DNA of 64,000 bases, from contig CAYWIP010000002.1 of the NCBI GenBank assembly GCA_964458395.1, positions 7,876 through 71,875 of the forward strand, read 5' to 3'. Under the pieces are notes generated by a model. The model made no database searches, was not told where the DNA came from, and saw nothing but the letters and a program-made list of their open reading frames with translations. This DNA is from an uncultured Ruminococcus sp. GTDB lineage: Bacteria; Bacillota; Clostridia; Oscillospirales; Ruminococcaceae. Below, one piece after another: positions 37,397-46,803 of this stretch. Both the position numbers and the translations under genes were made by a program. Position 1 is the stretch's first letter. Each line of letters starts with the position of its first letter.

Positions 37397-38464
37397 TTAT
37401 GTATCCTCTTCCTCGGATTTGGCGCTTGTTTCCACTATAACACAGGACAGATCGTTTATCGAGTCAACGATCTTTTCAATGTCGGTGTACAGTCCGCGAA
37501 TCTGGGTGTTTATGCCGATCATGGTCTTTTTAATACTGTTGAGCGTATGCTCGATCTCGACGGCCTGTTTGGAGTTCTTGTCGGCGAGTGTGCGAACCTC
37601 CTGCGCTATTACGTTGAAGCCCTGTCCGGCAGCGCCCGCTCTTTTCGCCTCGATAGAAGCGTTGAAGCCTATCAGCGTAAGCTGTGTGGAAGCGTTTTCG
37701 ATAGTTTTTACAATGCTGTCGGTGTTTTCGACCGCTCTCGCGGAATCCGCAACCGCGTCCTTTATCTTGCCGCACCCGTGTTCGACTTTTTTCACAAAGT
37801 CAACGGTGGTGTCTATTTTCTGCTTTACCGCGTAATCCGCGCCCTGACCGCCGGAAAAGCTGTCGCGCGCCTGCTGACCGCGCTCCGCGGACGCCAGATG
37901 TTCATAGCCCTGCTCCGCGAGCGACGTCACCATATCCATAAGCAGATGTGCCGCCGATTCAACGCGGTCGTTGGACACATGTTCAAGTTTCCTGATACCC
38001 GCAATGAAATCCGCCGGGTCGATTTTCAGATCGCGTGCGAGCTTTGTCAGCTTACCCTCAACGGGCTTCTCTACCGTGACCTGACCGCCCAGCAGCGTTC
38101 CCATATGTACACCCTTGACAATAACGGGCACGGCAAATTCCGTAACGCCCGCGGGGCATACGTTCACAACGGGGCGGGTAGACATTGCCGCCTCTTCAAT
38201 GCACTTCATGGCATATTTTTTACAGCGGTCCGCGCCGTCGGAGGACTTCTTCATACAGTTTCTGCAAAAGTCCGTTTCGCCGCACCAGTGAGCTCCGGCG
38301 GGGGAACCGCCTTTGTCTATAGCCGCTATCGCCATTCCCGTTGCTGCCGAAAAAGAATCCTGAAACGACTGAAGCGACCCGCTGTCAACCAATTTCATCA
38401 ATGAAAGCTGTTCTATATCCATTACTGTACTCTCCCGGGCGGAATCGAATTTTTCATTTATCAA
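37397..38464 (-). CDS. Soluble PocR sensor domain fused to a short MCP signalling domain
   Basis: PocR: LQSFQDSFSAATG..TDFC..C..CPAGVTEFAVPV..LLGGQ; MCP tip LIGFNASIEAKRAG..GFNVIAQEVRTLA; no TM. Confidence 0.85.
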   Translation of the reverse strand: MINEKFDSARESTVMDIEQLSLMKLVDSGSLQSFQDSFSAATGMAIAAIDKGGSPAGAHWCGETDFCRNCMKKSSDGADRCKKYAMKCIEEAAMSTRPVVNVCPAGVTEFAVPVIVKGVHMGTLLGGQVTVEKPVEGKLTKLARDLKIDPADFIAGIRKLEHVSNDRVESAAHLLMDMVTSLAEQGYEHLASAERGQQARDSFSGGQGADYAVKQKIDTTVDFVKKVEHGCGKIKDAVADSARAVENTDSIVKTIENASTQLTLIGFNASIEAKRAGAAGQGFNVIAQEVRTLADKNSKQAVEIEHTLNSIKKTMIGINTQIRGLYTDIEKIVDSINDLSCVIVETSAKSEEEDT

Positions 38465-38511
38465 ACAAGTCAGCCTTTAACTCGTGATGACGTCCCGTCC
38501 CTTTTGCCACT

Positions 38512-38733
38512 ATTATACATCATTTTGCTTTGAAAATCAAGAGGATTTTTGTTTAAGCGCCAAATTTTTTTCTTTTTGTGCGGATTATTTTTGATTATTA
38601 CTCAACGATCGCTTAAGTGTGTAATAATTATAATTGCTAATAATGGATGAAGTAAATTTTTTCGTGCAATTTTGGTAAAATATGTTTAAAGATGTAAAAA
38701 ACTCTTGAAAAATTTAATAAATAATTGTATAAT
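38512..38733. promoter_or_regulatory. AT-rich divergent promoter region
   Basis: Minus TTGATT-17-TATAAT (38512-38540); plus TTGAAA-17-TATAAT (38705-38733). Confidence 0.65.
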
Positions 38734-38779
38734 AGTAATGGAATGTATTTTTCGGAAAATAAAATTACGGAGGGAAAAA

Positions 38780-39409
38780 ATGGAATTTATCAGTGAGCGC
38801 ACTGCCTACACTATGATATCCGATACTGTCGTCAAGGCGGGCGTTTCCTTGTTTAACGCGGTGAAGTATATTTACATGATCGCGGACAAGGATTTTTACA
38901 ATATCAACGTCAAGGATATTTTCAAGATCGCGCTGAAAAATATCACCGACACGACCTGCTTGTACAACACGGGTCTGAAGCTCGACAAGGAGCGCTGCAA
39001 GGAGATGAACTCGCCCGAGTACGAGCGTGTGCTGTCGCTTATGGTGTACTCATTCGCGGTAAGGCTGCCCGAGCTTAAGAATGTTAAGACCAAGGGAGGA
39101 GCGCTTAACGATAAGCAGATCAAGACGGTATACGATATGGTCATCGCAAAGGGCGCGGGAAATTACGAGAACGCTGTCGCGGACGACTTTGAGGAGATCC
39201 GCCGCATGGTGAAGCTTGGCAAGCCCGTTCCCGCTTACGACGCGGAGTGGTTCAAGGGGTATATTTACGGCTACGTGCCCGCGCTTGCTACGGTCAACAA
39301 CAAGAATTTGTTTTTGCTCGGCAGCTGCGATATACTGTTCACGTTATTTTACAGTGCGCTGGAGGAAGAACTGGAGCGTGTGCTTGATTCGCTGGCGGCT
39401 CAGGTGTAG
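38780..39409 (+). CDS. Hypothetical soluble protein
   Basis: GGAGGG RBS, consensus-like promoter, host-like codon style; no family recognised. Confidence 0.8.
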   Translation: MEFISERTAYTMISDTVVKAGVSLFNAVKYIYMIADKDFYNINVKDIFKIALKNITDTTCLYNTGLKLDKERCKEMNSPEYERVLSLMVYSFAVRLPELKNVKTKGGALNDKQIKTVYDMVIAKGAGNYENAVADDFEEIRRMVKLGKPVPAYDAEWFKGYIYGYVPALATVNNKNLFLLGSCDILFTLFYSALEEELERVLDSLAAQV

Positions 39410-39424
39410 GGTAGTGGTCGTGAG

Positions 39425-39530
39425 AGCAGAGCAAGTTTAATGAGATATTGCAGCGGAGCAAAGGCGAACGAAGTGAAGAGCCGTTTTCGGGCGAATCTGC
39501 GCAGGGATCGGGGATCTCCGAAATTACGGG
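39425..39530 (+). repeat. Structured intergenic element, copy B (divergent)
   Basis: GAACGAAGTGA at 39466-39476 between ggc and gcc; gc-GGA-gc upstream. Confidence 0.5.
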
Positions 39531-39551
39531 CTTCTTAGATAAGGAGTGTTT

Positions 39552-40391
39552 ATGGGCAAGGTGAAAATCTGTGCGGACAGCGTTTGCGATCTGTCCGCAG
39601 AGCTTAAAAGGCGGTATGATATCGGCGTAGTGCCGCTGTATGTCAACAAGGGCGACGAAACGTTAAAGGACGGTCTGGAGATCGGTCAAAAGGACGTTTT
39701 CGCTTACTATCGGAGCACGGGAAATTTGTGCAAGACCTCGGCGGTGAGCGTCGAGGATTTTGTGAACTTCTTCCGTGAGCAGCTTGCGGGCTATGACGAG
39801 CTGATAATCATCACGATATCGTCCGACTTTTCGGCGTGTTATCAGAACGCGAATATCGCCGCGCAGGATTTCCCGAATGTGCGCGTAGTCGATTCACGGA
39901 ATTTGTCCACGGGCGAGGGCTTAGTGGCGGTATCGGCGGCGAAGCTGGCGGCACAGGGGCTTTCCGCGGACGAGATAGTGGAGAGGCTCGGCGATATCAT
40001 ACCTAAAGTGGATGCGACATTCTTTGTGGCGAATGTTGAGTATCTTCACAAGGGAGGGCGCTGCTCGTCTATAGCGGCGCTCGGAGCTAATCTGCTGAAG
40101 CTGAAGCCGTGTATCGCAGTGCTTGACGGCAAGATGAAGGTCATCAAGAAGTACCGCGGCAGCATTGAAAAGACGATAAAGGATTACGTCAAGGACAGGC
40201 TGACCGACGTTGAGGTCGACGACGAGCTTATTTTCATCACCCATACGACGGCGGCGGAAAATACCGCGCTCGCTGCGGAGGAAATCAAGAAGTACAAGGA
40301 TTTCAAGGAGATCGCTGTGACGGACGCGGGCTGCACGGTCGCTTGTCACTGCGGCGAGGATACGCTTGGAATTTTGTTTATACGCAAGTAA
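39552..40391 (+). CDS. DegV family fatty-acid-binding protein
   Basis: ADSVCDL, KTSA, ISSDFSACYQ, VDSRNLS, LHKGGR, HCG. Confidence 0.93.
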   Translation: MGKVKICADSVCDLSAELKRRYDIGVVPLYVNKGDETLKDGLEIGQKDVFAYYRSTGNLCKTSAVSVEDFVNFFREQLAGYDELIIITISSDFSACYQNANIAAQDFPNVRVVDSRNLSTGEGLVAVSAAKLAAQGLSADEIVERLGDIIPKVDATFFVANVEYLHKGGRCSSIAALGANLLKLKPCIAVLDGKMKVIKKYRGSIEKTIKDYVKDRLTDVEVDDELIFITHTTAAENTALAAEEIKKYKDFKEIAVTDAGCTVACHCGEDTLGILFIRK

Positions 40392-40442
40392 TAAGTACAA
40401 GTTGCCGGCACATATACATCTCTTAAAGTGAGGTGTGTTATA

Positions 40443-40850
40443 ATGGAAAATAACAGCAATGTTCAGGCTTTTTCTTTTATGAGCGGTGAGCGCCCCGTGC
40501 TCAAAGCCGAGATATTAGGCGGATCGGAATATCCCGATATCAGGGGCGAGGCGTATGTTTATTTTTTCAACAAGGGTATTTATTTGCAGGCGGATTTTGA
40601 AAATCTGCCGGAAAATAACGAGTTCGGGTTTCATGTTCATGAGGGGTTGCTTTGCGAATCTCCCCGCGAAAAGCTGCTGCCCTTGCCGGATGTGTATTCC
40701 GACAGGAACGGAAGGGCGTCAATGCAGATATATCTCGATCAGGCTACCTCAACGCAGATAGCGGGAAAACCTATCGTACTGCACATCAAGAACGCGGACG
40801 GAAAGGACGAACTTACCGTAGCGTGCGGTATATTGAACAGAATTTTGTAA
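40443..40850 (+). CDS. Cu/Zn SOD-fold protein lacking the Zn loop
   Basis: GFHVHEG..C, GKPIVLH, VACG; possible SigE-type promoter ATA-17-CATATACA (40391-40418). Confidence 0.75.
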   Translation: MENNSNVQAFSFMSGERPVLKAEILGGSEYPDIRGEAYVYFFNKGIYLQADFENLPENNEFGFHVHEGLLCESPREKLLPLPDVYSDRNGRASMQIYLDQATSTQIAGKPIVLHIKNADGKDELTVACGILNRIL

Positions 40851-40908
40851 AAATTCGCTCCTTCTTTTGACGGGAACGGATCAAGATAAAACAGAGGAGA
40901 ATAAAATT

Positions 40909-42162
40909 ATGAGCGAGATAAGAGACGTTAATTTATGGGAAAGCGGAGCACGCAAGATCGAGTGGGTCAAGCGCAATATGCCGCTGCTCAACGGTATCGA
41001 AAAGGAGTTCGCGGCGGAGCAGCCGTTTAAGGGCTTGAAGGTCGCGCTGTCGGTTCATCTGGAGGCTAAGACCGCGTATCTGTGCAAGGTGCTGGCAGCG
41101 GGCGGCGCGGAGATGTACGTCACGGGCAGCAATCCGCTGTCGACTCAGGACGACGTGGCGGCGGCGCTGGTTCACGACGGACTTAACGTATTCGCGTGGT
41201 ATAATTCCAACGAGGAGGAATACCACCGCCACATTTCAAAGGTCATTGACTGCGGTCCGAATATCATCATCGACGACGGCGGCGATCTTGTAAACCTTAT
41301 TCACAATGAGCGCACCGACCTTATCCCGAACGTTATCGGCGGCTGCGAGGAGACCACTACGGGAATTATCCGTCTGCTGGCTATGGACAAGGCAAAGGCG
41401 CTGAAATTCCCGATGGTTCTCGTCAACGACGCGGACTGCAAGCACCTGTTCGACAACCGCTACGGCACGGGTCAGTCCGTGTGGGACGGCATAAACCGCA
41501 CCACAAATCTTATCGTCGCGGGAAAGAACGTTGTTGTCGCTGGCTATGGCTGGTGCGGCAAGGGCGTCGCTATGCGCGCCAAGGGTCTGGGAGCAAAGGT
41601 CATTGTTACCGAGATTGACCCGATAAAGGCTATGGAGGCTGTCATGGACGGCTTTAAGGTAATGCCCATGCGCGAGGCGGCGAAGATCGGCGATTTCTTT
41701 GTTACCGTTACGGGCTGCGCGGACGTTATCGGCGAGGAAGCGTTCATGAATATGCAGGACGGCGCTATCTGCTGCAACGCGGGACACTTCGACGTCGAGG
41801 TGAATATGGCGAAGCTGCGTGAGATCGCGGTGGACAGCTACGTTGCGCGCAACAACATTATGGGCTACAAGTTAAAGAACGGGAAAACCGTGTTTGTTAT
41901 CGCGGAGGGCAGACTTGTCAATCTCGCGGCGGGCGACGGTCACCCCGCGGAAATAATGGATATGAGCTTCGCGATACAGGCGCTTTCGGCTGAGTACCTC
42001 GCGAAAAATAAGGACAAGCTCTGCGGCGGCGAGCATATGACTGTCAACGTTCCCAAGGAGATCGACCGCAAGGTTGCCGAGCGCAAACTGAACGCGTGGG
42101 GCTTCGAAATCGACAGGCTCACTCCCGAGCAGGAAAAGTACCTTGGAAGCTGGGAAGTTTAA
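40909..42162 (+). CDS. ahcY: S-adenosylhomocysteine hydrolase
   Basis: HLEAKTA, SNPLSTQD, DDGGD, EETTTG, FDNRYG, GYGWCG, GRLVNL, GHP. Confidence 0.96.
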   Translation: MSEIRDVNLWESGARKIEWVKRNMPLLNGIEKEFAAEQPFKGLKVALSVHLEAKTAYLCKVLAAGGAEMYVTGSNPLSTQDDVAAALVHDGLNVFAWYNSNEEEYHRHISKVIDCGPNIIIDDGGDLVNLIHNERTDLIPNVIGGCEETTTGIIRLLAMDKAKALKFPMVLVNDADCKHLFDNRYGTGQSVWDGINRTTNLIVAGKNVVVAGYGWCGKGVAMRAKGLGAKVIVTEIDPIKAMEAVMDGFKVMPMREAAKIGDFFVTVTGCADVIGEEAFMNMQDGAICCNAGHFDVEVNMAKLREIAVDSYVARNNIMGYKLKNGKTVFVIAEGRLVNLAAGDGHPAEIMDMSFAIQALSAEYLAKNKDKLCGGEHMTVNVPKEIDRKVAERKLNAWGFEIDRLTPEQEKYLGSWEV

Positions 42163-42904
42163 CGTTCTATTCTCCGACCTTGACGGGACGCTCATTTTTT
42201 CGGCGAATCGCAAAAAGGTCGGAGATATTGTTATAGAACATAAGGACGGCGCGGAGATTTCTTGTATTACGGCAAGGCAGGCCGAGCTTCTGCCGAAAAT
42301 ACGGAATATTATCCCCGTCACAACGCGCAGCGTGGAGCAGTATCGGCGAATTGAGTTTCCTGAGGGTTTCGCGCCCGAATACGCGCTCTGCGACAACGGC
42401 AGCACGCTGCTTATAAACGGCGAAAAGGACGGTCCGTGGCTGGAGCGCTCGGCGGAGATACTCGCGGAGGCTCTGGAGGAAATGACAAGGTTTCGGACGA
42501 TACTCGAGCGCGACCCAGACAGGCGGTTCGAGGTGCGTTTCGTGGACGGTTTTTTCCTGTTCACAAAGAGCGCGAATCCGAATTTAACGTTAGCGCGGCT
42601 CGGTGTGGGCGAGTGCTGCGAGTGTTATGCGACGGGGGAAAAGGTGTACGTTATCCCAAAGCGGCTCAACAAGGGCGACGCGGTGATTCGTCTTGCGGAG
42701 CAGCTCGGCATAGCGCGGGAGAATATTTTCTGCGCGGGCGACAGCCTTATGGACGTGGATATGCTTAACGCCGCCGATATCGCGATATATACGGGCGAGA
42801 TAGCAGAGAATCTTATTACGGCTAGAGAAAAAATTTTCCGTCCGCGCGAGGGCTTTTCCGAATTCGTCACGGAAATGGCGTACCGTTATTCCCCAAGGGA
42901 CTGA
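42143..42904 (+). CDS. HAD-IIB family hydrolase of the type seen in Ter clusters
   Basis: SDLDGTLIFS, PVTTRS..QYRRI, NKG, AGDSLMD. Confidence 0.85.
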   Translation: MEAGKFNVLFSDLDGTLIFSANRKKVGDIVIEHKDGAEISCITARQAELLPKIRNIIPVTTRSVEQYRRIEFPEGFAPEYALCDNGSTLLINGEKDGPWLERSAEILAEALEEMTRFRTILERDPDRRFEVRFVDGFFLFTKSANPNLTLARLGVGECCECYATGEKVYVIPKRLNKGDAVIRLAEQLGIARENIFCAGDSLMDVDMLNAADIAIYTGEIAENLITAREKIFRPREGFSEFVTEMAYRYSPRD

Positions 42905-42915
42905 GAGGTGAGTTC

Positions 42916-43590
42916 ATGTTCAATATTCTGATAGTTGACGATCAGCCGAACATACGGCGGTTGTACGAATATACGCTCGAAAAGAACGGCTATCGTCCGT
43001 TTACCGCCGCGAACGGCGAGGAGGCTCTTGCCGTGCTTGACCGTCAGCATATCGATCTCGTGATACTGGACGTGATGATGCCCGTGCTTGACGGCTACGG
43101 CTGCCTGAAAGCGCTTCGCGACGGCGGCAGCAGCGTTCCCGTGCTGATAATCACCGCGAGGGATTCCGCCGAGGACGTGCGCAAGTCGTTCCTGCTCGGC
43201 ACGGACGACTTTATGGTAAAGCCTGTGGACGAGATCGAAATGCTTCTGCGGATCAAGGCGCTGCTCCGCCGCAGCAAAATAAGCGAGGAACAAAAGATCG
43301 TTGTCGGCGGTACGGAGCTTGTCTACGATTCGTTTTCGGTAATACGCGGCGGCACGGCGACGGTGCTTCCGCGAAAGGAGTTTCAGATACTCTTCAAGCT
43401 GCTGTCGTTCCCGGGAAAGACCTTTACGCGGCAGAATTTAATGGAGGAGTTCTGGAGCATGGATTCGGACAGCGAGGCGCGCACCGTCGATGTGCACATA
43501 AACCGTCTGCGCGAGAGGTTCAAGGATAACCCCGATTTCTCGATAGTTACCGTGCGGGGTCTGGGGTATAAGGCTGTAAGGAACGACTGA
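42916..43590 (+). CDS. OmpR-family response regulator (HssR-like)
   Basis: ILIVDD, LDVMMP, KP, RTVDVHINRLR, TVRGLGY. Confidence 0.95.
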   Translation: MFNILIVDDQPNIRRLYEYTLEKNGYRPFTAANGEEALAVLDRQHIDLVILDVMMPVLDGYGCLKALRDGGSSVPVLIITARDSAEDVRKSFLLGTDDFMVKPVDEIEMLLRIKALLRRSKISEEQKIVVGGTELVYDSFSVIRGGTATVLPRKEFQILFKLLSFPGKTFTRQNLMEEFWSMDSDSEARTVDVHINRLRERFKDNPDFSIVTVRGLGYKAVRND

Positions 43591-43600
43591 CGGAGGGGCT

Positions 43601-44152
43601 ATGCGCGTTTGGAATTTCGTTTATCTTCCCGATGAATCGGGTGAATACCGCATAACGCTCGATATGGGGAATAATCCGCAGTTTTTTCTGTGTGACAGAC
43701 GTTTCCCCGATACGCCGGATTGTGATGATTACGCAGTTTTTGAGGAAGTCGTAACGCTTACCGAGCCGACAGAGATCATGAGCGAGGAATTGGCGCGTGA
43801 TTATCCGCTGACGGAAGATCAACAGATACTGTGTGAGTACTGTATGCTCGATAAAAACGGTAATGATATCGACGAGCCGGATATCGGTGAACGCGTGATC
43901 GAGGGTTTCACGTTCTGCGGCTTTGAGATCGCGGACGAAAGTGAGATAAGTGCGCTTACAAACTGCGGCTTCGGTTACGACAGAGCGTTCACAAAGGATG
44001 ATCTGAATAGGTGGGGGCTGATAGACGGCTATCAAAAGGCGCGGACAGTCTTGGAAAAAATGTATGAAGAATACGGCGATGCTCCCGACGCAAAAGATTG
44101 GATGCTGTTTACGGTGTGGAGAAGAATTTCGGAAAATAAGGTAAATTTATGA
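43601..44152 (+). CDS. Acidic hypothetical protein (orphan array gene 1)
   Basis: GGAGG RBS; C-terminal FCGFEIAD..SALTNCG..LNRWGL. Confidence 0.8.
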   Translation: MRVWNFVYLPDESGEYRITLDMGNNPQFFLCDRRFPDTPDCDDYAVFEEVVTLTEPTEIMSEELARDYPLTEDQQILCEYCMLDKNGNDIDEPDIGERVIEGFTFCGFEIADESEISALTNCGFGYDRAFTKDDLNRWGLIDGYQKARTVLEKMYEEYGDAPDAKDWMLFTVWRRISENKVNL

Positions 44153-44484
44153 AAAGAAAGGTTCTCTTGCGGAAAAAGCGGCTGTATCGGAAATATATCG
44201 AGGACGTGACGCTTGACGTTTCCGTTGACGGCGGTTTTCGGAAAATGCTTGCCGAAGCGCCGTATGACAGCCCCATTGTGATAACGCGCGCGAACGCTCC
44301 GCAATGCTGTTATTTCCCCGACGGGCTTGTGTTTCGTGTGGAAAAGGTGCGCGAGTGTCCCGTGGTATTTGACAACGGATTGATCATCTTTAAGTTTTAC
44401 GCAAAGGAGTTTCCGCACATTGTTGCATACTCGGGCAACAATCTGAACTGTCTCAGCTTGGAGGAATTATGTCGTACAATTTAA
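44149..44484 (+). CDS. Small hypothetical protein (orphan array gene 2)
   Basis: ATGA coupling to upstream gene. Confidence 0.65.
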   Translation: MKRKVLLRKKRLYRKYIEDVTLDVSVDGGFRKMLAEAPYDSPIVITRANAPQCCYFPDGLVFRVEKVRECPVVFDNGLIIFKFYAKEFPHIVAYSGNNLNCLSLEELCRTI

Positions 44485-45335
44485 TGCTTCTGGCGGTCGG
44501 TGCGGATTCGCGTTCGGATATCGAGCGCGGCTGCATACGGGCGGAAAGGGTAAACGGCTTCGGCGAGGCAATGAACGAGCGTTATCCGTTTGTCGGGCAG
44601 ATAAAGGGCGCATGGTTCGACCTGGTGAAGATCGGCTCGGAGCGTATTCTCGGGGCGTTTGATCTGTGCGATTTCGAGTTTGAATTGGGAGCAAATCTGC
44701 CTTGGCGTATGATTGAGTATCAGGATCGTTATCCGCTGTTTTTCAGATCCGATGAGATACTTTGCGATTTCAAGGAAATCGCGGATGCGGTTCTCGAATT
44801 GTCGCCGAAAAAAACAATGATACTTCTCCCGCGGTATCAGGGAGAGGAGCGCGGCGACGTCTGCGGCGTGATATCGTCGGTGGAGCTGTTTGCGCTTATC
44901 GGGGAGTGCAGAATTTACGGCAACGTTTGTTATATCGTCAGAAAATCGACCGACCTGACGGAGAGCTTTATCCGTGCGTCTGAACGGGGAATTTTTTCGC
45001 GTGAGGAGCTTTCGGCGAAGAAAAAGGAGATCGCCGCGCTGCTGCCCGGCTGCACTGTCGATCACGACGAGGGCGCGGGCGAGGATTGGGTTCGCTTTTA
45101 CAATGACGACGGACGTGCGGCTATGCTGCACAGCGGGCTGAAAATTCTGTTCACCTCGGCGGATATAGATGTGGACGGCGTGGAAGTGATAAGGTGCGGC
45201 AGCTTTGACGCGAACGGGTGGTCGTTCGATATTGACGTTATTCTTGAAAAGAAGCTGCTGCGGTGGTGCGCGGAGGATCATATCGTAAACCCGCTGTGCT
45301 TCTCGCTTAACGATCTGTATTGGGCGTCGGTCTGA
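44469..45335 (+). CDS. Two-domain hypothetical protein, possible immunity-domain fusion (array gene 3)
   Basis: GGAGG RBS; distinct halves; C-terminal half has VDHDEGAGEDW...FSLNDLYWAS. Confidence 0.75.
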   Translation: MSYNLMLLAVGADSRSDIERGCIRAERVNGFGEAMNERYPFVGQIKGAWFDLVKIGSERILGAFDLCDFEFELGANLPWRMIEYQDRYPLFFRSDEILCDFKEIADAVLELSPKKTMILLPRYQGEERGDVCGVISSVELFALIGECRIYGNVCYIVRKSTDLTESFIRASERGIFSREELSAKKKEIAALLPGCTVDHDEGAGEDWVRFYNDDGRAAMLHSGLKILFTSADIDVDGVEVIRCGSFDANGWSFDIDVILEKKLLRWCAEDHIVNPLCFSLNDLYWASV

Positions 45336-45349
45336 CGGACGGAGGATTT

Positions 45350-45730
45350 ATGTACAGCATAAGCAAAACGCTGCAATTAAAGGATTTTGTTTATGAACGG
45401 CTTAAATACAGCAAAATCCCGATCGCGGAAATTATCGGTGCGGACGTGTTTTTCACGGGAAAAATAACCTGCTGCGGAACATATCTGTACTGCTTCGGGA
45501 AGAGGTTCTTTATGCGGAATATTACGCAGTACAGGTCCGAGTGCGCGAAATATGTTTTTTCGAGCGCGGAGGACTTGGTGTTTGAGCTTGTAAAGCAGCG
45601 TGCAGACCTTATTGCTATGCGCGAAACGCGGGGTTCGTTCGGCGAATATTCGCTCGGAGTACTTAAAGATATTGACGAAGAATTTTACGACAGAAAAATC
45701 GCCGACAGCGGGAGGTTATTTCACGGGTGA
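45350..45730 (+). CDS. Small hypothetical protein, weakly Imm63-like (array gene 4)
   Basis: GGAGG RBS; beta strands followed by EDLVFELV..A..E helices. Confidence 0.65.
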   Translation: MYSISKTLQLKDFVYERLKYSKIPIAEIIGADVFFTGKITCCGTYLYCFGKRFFMRNITQYRSECAKYVFSSAEDLVFELVKQRADLIAMRETRGSFGEYSLGVLKDIDEEFYDRKIADSGRLFHG

Positions 45731-46803
45731 GAAATAAGATAAAACTGGATAAAAATCACCTGTTCGGCGTTGTGAACAGGCTCGGAATGAAGCTGACTAT
45801 CCTTACGCTGCTGATAAGTCTGGCGGCGGATATCCTGACGTTCACGGCGGCTATCGTTATCGGGTTTGTCACGGGCGGCACGAACGATACCACGCAGGTC
45901 ATTGCGTCGGCTGTCGCGAGTATTATCATAGGCACGCTGCTGTCGTTTGTTATCGGCAACACGGTGCTGAAGCCGCTTTCGGAGCTTATCAAGGCGACAA
46001 AGCGGGTCGCGGGAGGCGATTACACGGCTCGTCTGGAAATAGGCTGGATAGAAAAGCACACCGTCCGCGAGCTTCGGGAGCTTATCCGCGACTTTAACGA
46101 AATGACCGAGGAGCTTCGCAATACCGAGCTTTTCCGAAAGGATTTTATCTCGTCCTTTTCGCATGAATTCAAAACGCCGCTGGTGTCGATACGCGGCTTT
46201 GCGCGGCAGCTTTACGAGGGCGGACTTACCCCCGAACAGGAGCGCGAATTCTCGAAAATAATTCTCGACGAAACAGAGTATCTGTCGGTATTGTCGCAGA
46301 ACACGCTGCTTATGACGAACCTTGAAAATAAGGACATAGTTACCGAAAAAACGGACTTTTCGCTGGACGAGCAGCTTCGCGGCTGCATGATACGTTTAGA
46401 GCCGCAGTGGTCGGCTAAAAATATCGAGATAGATATGGAGGGTCTGGACGACGTCCGGTTTTATTGGAACGAGCAGCTTCTGGCGCACGTCTGGAACAAT
46501 CTGTTCGACAACGCGGTGAAGTTCACGCCCGAGGGCGGAACGATACGCGCGTCCTGCAAGCGGCAAGACGGCACGGTCACGGTCGTTATCGCTGACAGCG
46601 GCTGCGGTATCGCCGAGGACGCGCTGCCGCATATTTTCGAGAAGTTCTATCAGGCGGACAGCTCGCACGCTACAAAGGGAAACGGCTTGGGACTGCCGCT
46701 TGTTAAAAGGATAGTCGAGCTTTGCGGAGGAGATATCGCGGTAAGCTCGAAGCCTGGAAAGGGCACGGAATTCACCGTGACACTGAAAGCGAGGGAGAAA
46801 TGA
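45727..46803 (+). CDS. HAMP-domain sensor histidine kinase (HssS-like)
   Basis: 2 TMs, HAMP, FSHEFKTPL, NLFDNAVKF, DSGCG, GNGLGL. Confidence 0.95.
   Translation: MRNKIKLDKNHLFGVVNRLGMKLTILTLLISLAADILTFTAAIVIGFVTGGTNDTTQVIASAVASIIIGTLLSFVIGNTVLKPLSELIKATKRVAGGDYTARLEIGWIEKHTVRELRELIRDFNEMTEELRNTELFRKDFISSFSHEFKTPLVSIRGFARQLYEGGLTPEQEREFSKIILDETEYLSVLSQNTLLMTNLENKDIVTEKTDFSLDEQLRGCMIRLEPQWSAKNIEIDMEGLDDVRFYWNEQLLAHVWNNLFDNAVKFTPEGGTIRASCKRQDGTVTVVIADSGCGIAEDALPHIFEKFYQADSSHATKGNGLGLPLVKRIVELCGGDIAVSSKPGKGTEFTVTLKAREK

Noticed and set aside
43587-45339. 8-bp direct repeat ctgacgga at two junctions of the orphan array, a possible target-site duplication
   Set aside because: It is mostly a stop codon plus the start of an RBS, so it could recur by chance, and it is absent from the other junctions
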